Assembly (NCBI GenBank): GCA_963846575.1
Contig: CAWJWJ010000002.1
Span: 2,176,001 to 2,240,000 of the forward strand
Length of the DNA stretch: 64,000 bases
DNA from: an uncultured Nitrospiraceae bacterium
GTDB lineage: Bacteria; Nitrospirota; Nitrospiria; Nitrospirales; Nitrospiraceae
Direction of reading: 5' to 3'
The notes under the pieces were generated by a model. The model had not been told where the DNA came from. It saw only the letters and a program-made list of their open reading frames with translations, and did not search any database. The position numbers were made by a program, and so were the translations under genes. Each line of letters begins with the position of its first letter. Positions within the stretch are counted from its first letter, which is position 1. Below, piece after piece: positions 10,143 through 20,305 of the stretch.

Positions 10143-11384
10143 CTAAAAATCTTTTTTGGACAGCTGTGGCCGCAAAATTGCCAGTGTTCGCACCATCGCC
10201 GAGTCCCAGGAGAACCACTCGTCAGCTAGTTTCGCTGCTCCAATTCGAAGGCGCTCGCGTAGATCTGGACGGGTCATCACTTGCAACAAGATATTCCCAA
10301 GGCCTTGGGGGTCTTTAGGTAGGAAGGTAAGCACATTTTCTCCATCTATGAACGCGCTGTCCATCATAGGACCACGCGTCACAATGATGGGAAGGCCGTG
10401 TGCAACCATGGAAGCGAAGGAGCTATTGTTTAGCTGCACCCCTTCGAGAAACGGCAGTACGCACACATCTGAGGCATGCAGATACAGGGAGGCATCTTCC
10501 TCTTCAGATTTAAACGCGCCCGTCCATGTCGTCCGTGAATCAATCTTCAATTCTCTAGCCAGAGCCTGCATCTCCTCGAAATAGGACGCACCCCCTTCAA
10601 CGTCCAAACCTACCTTACCTCCAATGAACAACAGCCGAGCTTCGGGCCGCTGTGCAGAAACCGCCGCAAATGCTCGCAACAATGTGTCAATTCCCTTAAT
10701 CGGATAGAGGTATCCAAAAAACGTGACTACAAATTCATCATGCGTAAGGCCCAATAGCTTTCGGCCTCGGGTGCGGGCGATGCCTCCCTGATTCGATGCA
10801 ATAAATAGATTTGGAGGGGGAGGGATTAACTGTATTTTGTTTTTAACGGGAGCCCACTCCTCAACCAGCATGGATCGATGTCTCTCACAGAGAGCGATAA
10901 CCGCGTCACTGTCTCGTAGTAAGGTTCCTGAACTATAGGCCACATTGTTTCTACCTGCCCATCGAACCATCAATTTCCGAAACGCGCGAGACGCGAGCCC
11001 GCTCTTCGAGGGATCGGAACCGACAAACGCACTTTCATATCGCGTCACAAACGGCACGTGCGGGAACAATCGCTTACTGAGGGTAGGCACGAAGGTCACC
11101 ATGGGATGAAATTGGTACATCAGGCCAATGTACATAAGTAATACGGCATCCGGAGCACACTCTTTCAGAAAAGAACGAACTGACACCAGTGCTGACCAAT
11201 CCCAGCTTCGCATGATGGCATGCACATGAATGCCTGCCTCGTTTGTGCCGACATTATCCGCTGACGTGAGAACATGCACTTCTAACTGGCGTGCAGCCAT
11301 TTGCCGGCAAAGGTGGTAGGTGTTCGTTGCCTCACCCGCATGCATGGGAGGATAGGCGGCCGAAATTACCAGGATTTTTCTCAT
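10143..11384 (-). CDS. glycosyltransferase family 4
   Basis: YPP..GEA N-terminus, FFGYLYPIKGID, SDVCVLPF, HGLPII. Confidence 0.88.
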   Translation of the reverse strand: MRKILVISAAYPPMHAGEATNTYHLCRQMAARQLEVHVLTSADNVGTNEAGIHVHAIMRSWDWSALVSVRSFLKECAPDAVLLMYIGLMYQFHPMVTFVPTLSKRLFPHVPFVTRYESAFVGSDPSKSGLASRAFRKLMVRWAGRNNVAYSSGTLLRDSDAVIALCERHRSMLVEEWAPVKNKIQLIPPPPNLFIASNQGGIARTRGRKLLGLTHDEFVVTFFGYLYPIKGIDTLLRAFAAVSAQRPEARLLFIGGKVGLDVEGGASYFEEMQALARELKIDSRTTWTGAFKSEEEDASLYLHASDVCVLPFLEGVQLNNSSFASMVAHGLPIIVTRGPMMDSAFIDGENVLTFLPKDPQGLGNILLQVMTRPDLRERLRIGAAKLADEWFSWDSAMVRTLAILRPQLSKKDF

Positions 11385-11419
11385 ATGTGCGGTTCGAATA
11401 GTTTCGTGAGTACCAATTG

Positions 11420-12490
11420 TTACACCGTCGCCCTGACTGAGGATCTCCGCTGAACCCAGGACTCATGAATCTCTTCAAAAATGTTACCTAAGGTTTTTGT
11501 AATGTTCCAACCAGGGTAATGTGCCGTCATTTTCTTCAGGTTGCTGATGTAACAGATATGGTCTCCTTCACGATTCCTATCTATATATTCATGCAGCATT
11601 TTCTGACCAGAAATCGCTTCGATTATCCCAAATGCCTCAAGAATGGAACAACTATTCCCGCGGCCACCCCCCAGGTTGTAGACTTCGCCACTTCGGGGAC
11701 TCTGTATGAATTCATGAATGAAACGCGCAACATCGAGAGAGTGAATATTATCTCGCACCTGTTTACCCTTATAACCAAAAATACTGTATCGCTTCCCCTC
11801 CAGATTGCATTTGATCAGGTAGCTTAAAAAACCATGTAATTCCACACCGGAATGGTTGGGACCGGTGAGACAGCCCCCGCGCAAACAACATGTTTTCATT
11901 CCAAAATAACGCCCATACTCTTGCACCATAACGTCCGCAGCCACCTTCGAGGCTCCGAACAGAGAATGCTTCGATTGGTCTATGCGCATGGATTCGGTGA
12001 TTCCGTCGAAATCACTGGAGGAGGCATAGTCCCATCGTTTGCCCTGCTCTTCTAGAGGCAACTCATTTGGAGCATCTCCGTAAACCTTGTTTGTCGACAT
12101 GTGCACGAACACCGACTCCGGCGTATGCAATCTGGTGGCTTCGAGCAAATTAAGCGTTCCTACAGCATTGGTATCAAAATCATCGAATGGAATCTTGGCC
12201 GCAAGATCGTGCGAAGGTTGAGCGGCCGTATGAACTATGACATCGGGCTTCAGTTCTTGAATGAGATCCAAGGCGTCTTTTCGATTACGGATATCCAGCT
12301 CATGATGCCTAAAATTCTTCAGATCGGCCTGCAGTCTTTTCTGGTTCCAGCGAGTATCCCCATTCGGGCCAAAAAAGGTCGCCCGGCTATTATTGTCGGC
12401 ACCATGAATCCACCAACCTTGCCCATGAAAGTAGGCACACACTTCAGAGCCAATAAGGCCAGAAGACCCTGTGACAAGCATTCGTTTCAT
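11420..12490 (-). CDS. NAD-dependent sugar epimerase, CDP-paratose 2-epimerase (RfbE/Tyv)-like
   Basis: [46 protein letters not shown] 12490 has a GGAAGGAG RBS. Confidence 0.85.
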   Translation of the reverse strand: MKRMLVTGSSGLIGSEVCAYFHGQGWWIHGADNNSRATFFGPNGDTRWNQKRLQADLKNFRHHELDIRNRKDALDLIQELKPDVIVHTAAQPSHDLAAKIPFDDFDTNAVGTLNLLEATRLHTPESVFVHMSTNKVYGDAPNELPLEEQGKRWDYASSSDFDGITESMRIDQSKHSLFGASKVAADVMVQEYGRYFGMKTCCLRGGCLTGPNHSGVELHGFLSYLIKCNLEGKRYSIFGYKGKQVRDNIHSLDVARFIHEFIQSPRSGEVYNLGGGRGNSCSILEAFGIIEAISGQKMLHEYIDRNREGDHICYISNLKKMTAHYPGWNITKTLGNIFEEIHESWVQRRSSVRATV

Positions 12491-12531
12491 TATGTGGCAA
12501 CTCCTTCCGTAAACCCGATCGAAAGCACGGA

Positions 12532-13620
12532 TCACCTATCAGGGCCTCTGCTGACCGTTAGCTCTCTCTGAAAATGCTTAGCAATGGACTCTGCAATGAG
12601 TTCATGCCCTCTCTCGTTCCAATGACTGCCGTCAGAGGCGTACACGTCTTCCCCTCGATTCTCAGCCTCCTGAACTGCCCAAGCCACGTCAGCCCAATAG
12701 GCGATGCGATGATGTGTAGAGATTTCCTGGAAAGCCTGGTCGTAGGGTTCCGCGCGGGCACAGTTGAATGCCATGATCGGTCGGTTTCCGACTTTTTTAC
12801 GCACAAGTCCCATCAACTCATCCGTAGTGCTCACTGCTCGGAGGAAACCAGCATGATGCATTCCTTCAAACTCAATGTCCCTCTCGACCGTCTTGCTGGC
12901 ACTGCCAGCTCTCAGTCTATCGATACGACTCACGATAAAATAGAGAAACCGACTACGCCGGTTAATCCACTCTCGCACTTGCACGGACGACTCCTTGGGA
13001 GACAAATGCCTAACCTTTCCCTGTTGCCAATAAGGTCTTATCCAACCATTATTATTCACCAGGCTGAGTCGCTCAAGTTCATTGTCATTATTGATAAAGT
13101 CGTTAGCGCAAAACTGCCACAGAATGACATCAGGACGAATAGTTTCAATGTACCGATCGAAAACGAGGAATTCCTGTAATGTTCCATAGCCCCCTACGCC
13201 ATAGGCGAATACCTCAACATTGAGAATTTTTGAGAGCAATGCATAGTAGGTACGATCATCAGAGACCGACGTCGCATGGGTAAATGAATCTCCTATTACC
13301 AGGAATTTAGGCTTATTCGAATACAAATCACCGAATTGCCGAAATCCGTACTGTTTCTGTGTACGCTTAACGGGATAAGGCCTTCCCGTCTGGGTCTTCT
13401 CCACCAGAGTTTCCTCATAATGTTCAGTTGCTCTCCAACCAAGCTCTTGATCCAGGGTAATCGGTCCGATCCGCCCGCCTGCCGCACTCTCGAAGAATGG
13501 AATGCCATCTCTCAGAAGGTGGACCGAACGGATTGCGATCTCGCCGAGACCAAGCAGAAACGCGGCACATGCTACCGTTGCACCGCTCGACGCAACGACC
13601 ATCATCATTTTCTTGCGCAT
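12532..13620 (-). CDS. membrane-anchored SGNH/GDSL hydrolase-fold protein (possible acyltransferase/esterase)
   Basis: N-terminal TM helix, [25 protein letters not shown]. Confidence 0.85.
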   Translation of the reverse strand: MRKKMMMVVASSGATVACAAFLLGLGEIAIRSVHLLRDGIPFFESAAGGRIGPITLDQELGWRATEHYEETLVEKTQTGRPYPVKRTQKQYGFRQFGDLYSNKPKFLVIGDSFTHATSVSDDRTYYALLSKILNVEVFAYGVGGYGTLQEFLVFDRYIETIRPDVILWQFCANDFINNDNELERLSLVNNNGWIRPYWQQGKVRHLSPKESSVQVREWINRRSRFLYFIVSRIDRLRAGSASKTVERDIEFEGMHHAGFLRAVSTTDELMGLVRKKVGNRPIMAFNCARAEPYDQAFQEISTHHRIAYWADVAWAVQEAENRGEDVYASDGSHWNERGHELIAESIAKHFQRELTVSRGPDR

Positions 13621-13648
13621 GCCCAGCTCGCTAAAATCCTTTTATACC

Positions 13649-14485
13649 CTAGGCTGCCTGAGGGCTTAGCAGGTATGGCTCCCAGAATGCGCGATCGTAC
13701 CGCGGCCAGGCATGGCACCCAAATGGCAATTGGCCATGATTCATGTCGTAGCACAGCCTGGGAGCGACTTCGAAAGCAAAACGCAATCCAATTTCAACAG
13801 ATGCGACATTAAACTCGGGAACGTAGTGCTTGGCGCGATCAGACCAAAAATGATCTTCATTCTTCGTTCCATCAGGGCGCAGATGCCACTGCGCCATTTC
13901 TCTACGGGCGTTATTTAAGCAGGACAGCCGCTTTGCAAATTTTTTCGGCAGGTTCAGCATGCGGAGATAAGCAGGCATCTCAGCGAACTTTTCCTGCCAA
14001 TACTCTTCGGGCTCCATCCAATACACGTCGGACCTGAATACCTTAAGAAAACTGTCAATCTTTCGCAATGACAGCCCGCCGTTCCCCACTCGAGGCTCCT
14101 TCACCCACGGACTGTCTGAACAGTGAATCCAAGGAGGCGCGATGTAGTCGAAATCCATTTCGCACCACTGCAAAAGTTGATCGGAGAAAACCAATGCGTC
14201 CAGGTGATAGATCAGAATATATTGATAGTCGCTAAAGGAAGCGTAAAATTCCTCGGATAACAACAGCCGCGTATTCGCGGCCACACTTCCGAAATACTGG
14301 TTTCCAAATCGCTTTAAGGCGCAATTCGGCAAAGTAATATCAAGCGACTCCGGCACCACGAGATACTTGTCATATGGCTTCAAATAGTGAGTCAGGTGCG
14401 CGAAAGATATCTGCTCATCACACGTGAGCTCGCTTCGATTGTGCATCGGCACGACTACAGCAACCTTTTGTCGAGAATCATTCAT
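13649..14485 (-). CDS. DUF5672-family protein (putative glycosyltransferase)
   Basis: ILIYHLDALVF, FDYIAPPW, VGNGGLSLRK, NEDHFW, PFGCHAW. Confidence 0.8.
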   Translation of the reverse strand: MNDSRQKVAVVVPMHNRSELTCDEQISFAHLTHYLKPYDKYLVVPESLDITLPNCALKRFGNQYFGSVAANTRLLLSEEFYASFSDYQYILIYHLDALVFSDQLLQWCEMDFDYIAPPWIHCSDSPWVKEPRVGNGGLSLRKIDSFLKVFRSDVYWMEPEEYWQEKFAEMPAYLRMLNLPKKFAKRLSCLNNARREMAQWHLRPDGTKNEDHFWSDRAKHYVPEFNVASVEIGLRFAFEVAPRLCYDMNHGQLPFGCHAWPRYDRAFWEPYLLSPQAA

Positions 14486-14558
14486 TGCGCCTCGTCTTTT
14501 CCAGGAAGAAACCTACCTTAGAACATTAGTCGCCATGGGAACAGTGACTCCTCGATAC

Positions 14559-16016
14559 CTAGAGCCGTTGTAGCTGTCTCAGCACTTCCTCGCCGACCAG
14601 CCTGTGTCCTGCCTCATTGTAGTGGGCATACCGTCGAAACGGGAATAATGATAAGGGGTCCGGATGTGCGGAAAAGACCGTGTGTATGTCCACTACATGA
14701 AGATTCAATCGCCTGGCGATGCCCAGCACATTGTCCCGGTCTTTACTTGCTAATTCCGGCATTCGATATCGCTCCCACGTAGGCAGATAGACAAAGACCA
14801 CGCGCCCTTCCCAGGTCTTCGCCGTCGCTTGTGCCTCCGCAAGGATCTCCTCAAATAACCGGAGGTCGGCCGGATCCGCTGGAGCCCCGGTGTGACGAAG
14901 GAAATCCATCAACTCAACCGGGAACCCTTGCTCGGTTGAATGCCGGGTATACAACAACTGAATCGCATTGCGGAGATGGTGTAATTTGAGGAGCTGTTCC
15001 AAGGAGGCCGAAGATGCTGCCTTCAGCATCGCGGTTTCAAGGTAGCTCCTTAATGACCGGTCGATTTCATCTTGTCGTTCGAACAACCGCTGAGAAAATG
15101 AGGATGTAAGATACTTCATTAACAAAGGGGAATTCTTTTCCCATCCATCGAGGTCTCTTAGGTCATTACCTTCATAATAGAACCAGAGAACCAACTTCGG
15201 CTTTAAAGTAGGCCCATACTCTTTCAGCGTAGCTAAACTCGTCAGTGGCCCGTGACTATTGACGCCCAGATTCATGGTGTGTGGATGCTGAGATCGAACG
15301 ACGGCAACAAAACCTTGATCGGATGACACGCACACTCCATGAGTATAGGAATCACCCAGGGCGAGAATCTCGATCGGTTTTTTCTCCCATGTTCCACGCG
15401 GATTGTGGAAACCATGCTCATCACTTTCATATACGACGTATTCGCCGCTCTCATTGCAAAATACCGTGGTAGTTGTCGACATTCCTCCCACCGGCAAAAA
15501 TTCCTCATCTTTGCTGGTAAGAACGGAACGAATGGTGGTGCCAGCAGACGGCGCAAAGAGCACCATTGGAAATACATCTGGATATGCATTTATACCTTCT
15601 GCACGCATATCATTGACCACCTCCAATCGCGTACGCACATCGAATTTCTGGTGAGTCTTCCGCACTGTCTTCATCCGCTCAGCTGCCACTTGCACGTTGG
15701 CATCTTGAGGAAAGCTCAACCACGCTTGAGCGCCCAACGCCGTGAGAGAGGAACTACCGTATGCCAAGAGGAGCTCAGTCGAATACACCGCGAACAGCAT
15801 TGAGAGAATGCAGAGCGTACTGTTGATTCTAATCGATTGTGGCAGCCGCACCCCAAACGCCAACATAACCGCAAGTCCAAGGAAGACTAGGTAGGCAAGT
15901 GACCAACCGTGACGCAAGATGAGAAATCCGAAAATCATTAAAGCGATCGCGGCACTCGACAAAAGTACAAGGTTTGCTACCCTACCGAGGCGTTGCATCA
16001 CGGTATCATTTCCCAT
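14559..16016 (-). CDS. multi-TM SGNH-fold protein (AlgX/AlgJ-like, polysaccharide modification)
   Basis: About three N-terminal TM helices, LGDSYTHG, YYEGNDL, HYNEAGH. Start uncertain (ORF open to 16046). Confidence 0.8.
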   Translation of the reverse strand: MGNDTVMQRLGRVANLVLLSSAAIALMIFGFLILRHGWSLAYLVFLGLAVMLAFGVRLPQSIRINSTLCILSMLFAVYSTELLLAYGSSSLTALGAQAWLSFPQDANVQVAAERMKTVRKTHQKFDVRTRLEVVNDMRAEGINAYPDVFPMVLFAPSAGTTIRSVLTSKDEEFLPVGGMSTTTTVFCNESGEYVVYESDEHGFHNPRGTWEKKPIEILALGDSYTHGVCVSSDQGFVAVVRSQHPHTMNLGVNSHGPLTSLATLKEYGPTLKPKLVLWFYYEGNDLRDLDGWEKNSPLLMKYLTSSFSQRLFERQDEIDRSLRSYLETAMLKAASSASLEQLLKLHHLRNAIQLLYTRHSTEQGFPVELMDFLRHTGAPADPADLRLFEEILAEAQATAKTWEGRVVFVYLPTWERYRMPELASKDRDNVLGIARRLNLHVVDIHTVFSAHPDPLSLFPFRRYAHYNEAGHRLVGEEVLRQLQRL

Positions 16017-16103
16017 TGTCCCACGCTTAAGATAATCATATAACACAGGCTATTGTTATCAACTTCGTGCCTCAGTGCATAAAGTGAGCATGCACGTGCG
16101 TAA

Positions 16104-17324
16104 TCAGTTGCAATGCTTAGTCAGGATCATTTCTACGATGGCGCGATATTCTCGTTCGAATTTTTCTGGAGTATTGTTTGTGTGTGAAGCCTCCCACGCT
16201 TTTTTCGATCGATGACACAACTCGGCCGGAGACATCCGTGCAACCTCACGTACCTGCTCCATGATCGTCTCAATAGAGGCGTCTTTTAAGAGAACACCGA
16301 AATTTTCTACGTCTACTGAGGCTTCGTAAGTCACCATCGGCAGCACCCCCGCAGCCATGGTTTCTACCACCGCCGCCGCCCCAGCCTCAGAACATGAAGG
16401 AAATACATGGGCCCCGGACTGCTCCAGAATTACCTGAAACTTATCACTAGCTTTGTCCAGCCATCCCACCACGGTGATGTTAGGCGTGTGAAACAATTCC
16501 TTCCGATAGACATTCACGAATTCCGGCTCATTAAGCACTGGCCCCACAATAGTGAGTTGGTACTCCGGCATTTGCGCAAACGCCTCAAGTACGAGATCGA
16601 GCCCCTTGTGAATCATCCCGCGGCTTCCGAACCAGAGAAATCGACGGCGAGATGCTTCAAAGTCCTTAGCTTCCGGCCAAGGCCACATCTTCTGAGCTAC
16701 CATGGGCAATCGAAAAATAGGCTTGCCTGAATAAGCGTATGTGTTCATCGTAAACTCATTACCGCAAGTTGTGAGGTAGTCTGCGTGCTCGACTCCCAAA
16801 TGAGGGGTCTCTAATCGGTTGGGAGGGATGGTAACGCCTTTACGATTTTGAAACGCCAACATTCGTCCCATCTCGGCAAGGTTTTGAAAGACTAGTTGAG
16901 CCGTATCACAATGTAGAATTTTGATGCAGTTGGACGGCAAGTAGGGCTGTAGCCTTTGCAAATTGAAGCGACAATCAACCATCACATCGTAGGATTTCCA
17001 AGGGATAAATCTCTGATTTTCAGCATGGATCACGTCTACGTCGAATCCCAAATCGACAAAGGTCTGAGCCATTGCAATCGTCTTAAAAAACTGTGGATGA
17101 CTAATGGGAATCGCTTCTCCTCGTCTCTGGCACAGTAACCCCTGATTGTCATAGGATATGAGCACGTTGCCTTTTGGCGTTCCACGGGCATGCAGCGGAG
17201 CAACTCCCCCATGAAACTGGCGATGGAGACTGCGGAGCGCACCTATCTGTTCGCGAAGCAAAAGGTAAATCTGATAACGCTGAAAAAATCGTCGCAACCG
17301 TTTCAGCAATGTGGTCGCTTCCAT
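16104..17324 (-). CDS. glycosyltransferase (GT4-like)
   Basis: FLWFGSRGMIHKGLDLVLEAF, PSCSEAGAAAVVETMAAG. Start M40 of the ORF (17324) overlaps the upstream stop. Confidence 0.85.
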   Translation of the reverse strand: MEATTLLKRLRRFFQRYQIYLLLREQIGALRSLHRQFHGGVAPLHARGTPKGNVLISYDNQGLLCQRRGEAIPISHPQFFKTIAMAQTFVDLGFDVDVIHAENQRFIPWKSYDVMVDCRFNLQRLQPYLPSNCIKILHCDTAQLVFQNLAEMGRMLAFQNRKGVTIPPNRLETPHLGVEHADYLTTCGNEFTMNTYAYSGKPIFRLPMVAQKMWPWPEAKDFEASRRRFLWFGSRGMIHKGLDLVLEAFAQMPEYQLTIVGPVLNEPEFVNVYRKELFHTPNITVVGWLDKASDKFQVILEQSGAHVFPSCSEAGAAAVVETMAAGVLPMVTYEASVDVENFGVLLKDASIETIMEQVREVARMSPAELCHRSKKAWEASHTNNTPEKFEREYRAIVEMILTKHCN

Positions 17325-18304
17325 CCATCGGGTATCGGCCATCCCACCTGTCGCCAACCATCTACCGCGGCGATCCATCGATGAGGGGCCAGAGGATGTG
17401 GGTCGATATGATGCATCCCCCCCTGCGTCCAGGCACGCCAACTCGGACCAAACAATGCACGGCGTGAAGCCGGGCGCTCACAATAGCTAGTTGGAGTGAG
17501 TTCGGTAATCTCAAACGCCCGTACCCTCGTCCCGTAGATCGGCGAACAATCTTGCGTAAACCTGAGGATGCAATCATCGGATACCACTACTCGTCCTGCT
17601 GGCCGAGCGATATGCGGATTCCCACTGATTATTGGAGAGCACGGATGTTCCTGCCAGGGACCTCGCAACTCAGGAGCATGGTAGAGTCGAAGCGTGTCGT
17701 GCTTAAGCGCCGGATTGGTCTCAGAGAATAGCCACCATGTATCACGGTAAAAAAAGATCGAACTATCATTAAACCGGTGTCCCTGGAGTAAGATATCAGT
17801 ACACACCCAGTCAGAGGGAAAAGACCTCGCATGATAGAGCCGCACGCTTTCAGCCTGATGAGTTTCTGGAATCATGTAGTATTCCCCCTGCCACTCAAAC
17901 AGGTACGGGTACGACAGGTGATATGACTCCCGCAGAACAACCTTCTGATACGCCCAGATAAACCCGTCGGCACTTGTTGCCCATGCAATCTCGCCACGAT
18001 CTGCATCGAAATTGTAGACTTCAAAAAACATATGCCACACCTTTCCCGCCCGAAGCAGGAACGGATCCGCAACGAACAAGGCACGCACATCGGAAACATC
18101 TTCCCGAGTCAAAACCGGATTCGCCTCCCCGCCAGCATGGCGTAGCTTCAATGGTGATGACCCGGTCACAATCCCTATCGACCACAGTTGGTGAACAGCC
18201 CCCTTCTCACCAAGTAATAGGTCAGCCATGCCCGGAGCACACATTTCACGAATCTTTCGCTTAACGTACCACTTCAAAATCCGCTGAAGCCCTGCTGCTG
18301 TCAT
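17303..18304 (-). CDS. five-bladed beta-propeller protein, GH43/32-like (GINT1 N-terminal-domain-like)
   Basis: FVADPF, WHMFFE, HLSYPYLF, YYMIPET, ARPAGR, QDC..YG, GMHHID. Confidence 0.75.
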   Translation of the reverse strand: MTAAGLQRILKWYVKRKIREMCAPGMADLLLGEKGAVHQLWSIGIVTGSSPLKLRHAGGEANPVLTREDVSDVRALFVADPFLLRAGKVWHMFFEVYNFDADRGEIAWATSADGFIWAYQKVVLRESYHLSYPYLFEWQGEYYMIPETHQAESVRLYHARSFPSDWVCTDILLQGHRFNDSSIFFYRDTWWLFSETNPALKHDTLRLYHAPELRGPWQEHPCSPIISGNPHIARPAGRVVVSDDCILRFTQDCSPIYGTRVRAFEITELTPTSYCERPASRRALFGPSWRAWTQGGMHHIDPHPLAPHRWIAAVDGWRQVGWPIPDGWKRPHC

Positions 18305-19230
18305 TCAGAACCTACGCCAGCACGGGTTGCATACGAGGCAATCGTCTGTCGCAATCCCTCCTCAAGTGAGGTCTGCGCCCGCCAGTTCAACCGCTGGTAG
18401 GCCTGCACTGTATCGGCATTTCGGACGGGTTCCGACGGGCGGTCAGGCAAAACACCAAATAAGGGCTGCGTCTGAGATTTCATAAGAAACGCAATCTTTT
18501 CTACAACCGACCGTACAGTCCGCCTAGTCCCGGTCCCCAAATCAAAACACCCGCCCTCAATATCGGCAGCCCTCGCGCCTGCGAGAAAAGCATCAACGAT
18601 ATCCTCCACAAATATCCAATCAACTTCCCATAGACAGGAGGAAAGGATTGGGGATTCCCCACGGAGAAAGGAAAGAATAACGGACGGCACGATTTTACTC
18701 TGGTCTTGGCCGGGCCCAAAGGTCATGAATGGGGTCAGCACAACAGTGGGTGTTTTATAAAGTAGGTGGAACATCCGTGCATAGGCACTCGACGTATACT
18801 TCGCTGCTGCATAGGGAGAACTTGGTATTGGCGCAGGGTCACCCCCAGCTGGCTCTGTGAGAGAGCCGGTCATCACGATTCGTCCACATCCAGATTCAGT
18901 TCCAGCCACCAGAACATTAATGGCACTTACTACAATGCCCTCGATTGTTGGTAGTACTAATTGGAGATCGGGTTGTGCGCCAGTTGCTCCGGCCAAGTGG
19001 AACACTGCCATGGGTTTCAGGTCGGTCAGAAGTCTCCGGACAGTGTGAATAGATGTCAGATCCGTTTGCCACCAGGTTGGTCCACCAGGCTCTGATGCCC
19101 GATGAGAACGAGAGGTTGCGTGCACTTCCGCTCCCAGCTTGATTAATCGTCTGCAAAGATTTGAGCCCAGGAACCCACTCCCGCCCGTTATGAGGACTTT
19201 ATATCCTTGCCACATATTAAGAATTGACAT
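18301..19230 (-). CDS. NAD-dependent epimerase/dehydratase family SDR (candidate NDP-sugar 4-ketoreductase)
   Basis: TGGSGFLG, FHLAG, SPYAAAK, FGPGQ. Confidence 0.88.
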   Translation of the reverse strand: MSILNMWQGYKVLITGGSGFLGSNLCRRLIKLGAEVHATSRSHRASEPGGPTWWQTDLTSIHTVRRLLTDLKPMAVFHLAGATGAQPDLQLVLPTIEGIVVSAINVLVAGTESGCGRIVMTGSLTEPAGGDPAPIPSSPYAAAKYTSSAYARMFHLLYKTPTVVLTPFMTFGPGQDQSKIVPSVILSFLRGESPILSSCLWEVDWIFVEDIVDAFLAGARAADIEGGCFDLGTGTRRTVRSVVEKIAFLMKSQTQPLFGVLPDRPSEPVRNADTVQAYQRLNWRAQTSLEEGLRQTIASYATRAGVGSE

Positions 19231-19242
19231 AGCAGAAGTGTT

Positions 19243-20184
19243 CTATAGGGCCAGCGTGGAGGAATCCTTTGCCTTATACTGAAGCTCTCCTTCTGTCATT
19301 GTTCCATCATCATACAGCGCAACGATCTCAGCCGGAATTTGGGACAGATCAGTCCCTCGGAGGTAATCGCGCATGGTCGTCCCCGTACACTCTTCATCAA
19401 CGTGAGGCGCCCCTCTCCGAGCAGCCGCATCATCCACATTTACCACGCGGAAATCGATACTAAACCGAGTCTTGCCAGACGTATTCGGCACACTGGAGTG
19501 CATTTGCGCCGCAGAGAACAGAATGATACCGCCCGCTGGAATAATGATGCGTATTTGAGGGTCTTTCTCAATCATTTCAGTGGGCTTAGATAGTGGCCGT
19601 GGATCAGCTTTCAGGAATTGCGAAACATGTCCACCACGATGTTGTTTGTTCCATTCATAGTAGTTGTGATCGCGGGAATCATTCTTGACCGCCCGATTCC
19701 AATAGTTTGGGTGGAAGGCCATCGCATTCTCTGAGCAAAACTCGTAAATGGGAATCCACCAATTTATCTGGCAGGGGGGAGCTGAATACCAGGTATCCCT
19801 ATGTGGGTGCCACGCATAGGCAATACCGGTAGTGAGATAATTATCGCTGGTCGAACTCCGCATTTTGGGAACATCGAAATAGGTCTTGTCAGGATCGGCA
19901 CCCATCTCTGAGAGCAAGGCTTTGAGGTGCTTTTTCGATTCAGGATGATGAATGAAATGTGGCTTCAGCTTCCCCAATACTTCAGCGTATTGCTCAACGG
20001 ACATGTGATACTGTGCCATCTCTGGATCATGGGGGGCAAAAGCATCTGCTATAAGCTGGCGAGCGTGATTTACTAGTGCCAGTGAATGCTTCCGAGGGGA
20101 ATACGCGAACAATTGCCCTTCAAAAATCAGCTTTCTTCTTTCATCATCGGTTAATTGCGCGTCATAATAAATCGTGTTGTTCAT
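19243..20184 (-). CDS. putative Fe(II)/2-oxoglutarate dioxygenase-fold protein (PhyH-like)
   Basis: HxD (HPHRDTWY), INWWIP, distal His and Arg in MHSSVPNTSGKTRFSIDFR. Confidence 0.65.
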   Translation of the reverse strand: MNNTIYYDAQLTDDERRKLIFEGQLFAYSPRKHSLALVNHARQLIADAFAPHDPEMAQYHMSVEQYAEVLGKLKPHFIHHPESKKHLKALLSEMGADPDKTYFDVPKMRSSTSDNYLTTGIAYAWHPHRDTWYSAPPCQINWWIPIYEFCSENAMAFHPNYWNRAVKNDSRDHNYYEWNKQHRGGHVSQFLKADPRPLSKPTEMIEKDPQIRIIIPAGGIILFSAAQMHSSVPNTSGKTRFSIDFRVVNVDDAAARRGAPHVDEECTGTTMRDYLRGTDLSQIPAEIVALYDDGTMTEGELQYKAKDSSTLAL

Positions 20185-20305
20185 CCGGTACCTCCTCTGG
20201 CATCACCCAACAAACAAGATGCTCTTGCACCCCGTACTAGCTCGATTTAGCTTCGAGACATGCTCATTAGCGGATCGAGACCCATATCATCGATGAGCCA
20301 CCTGC

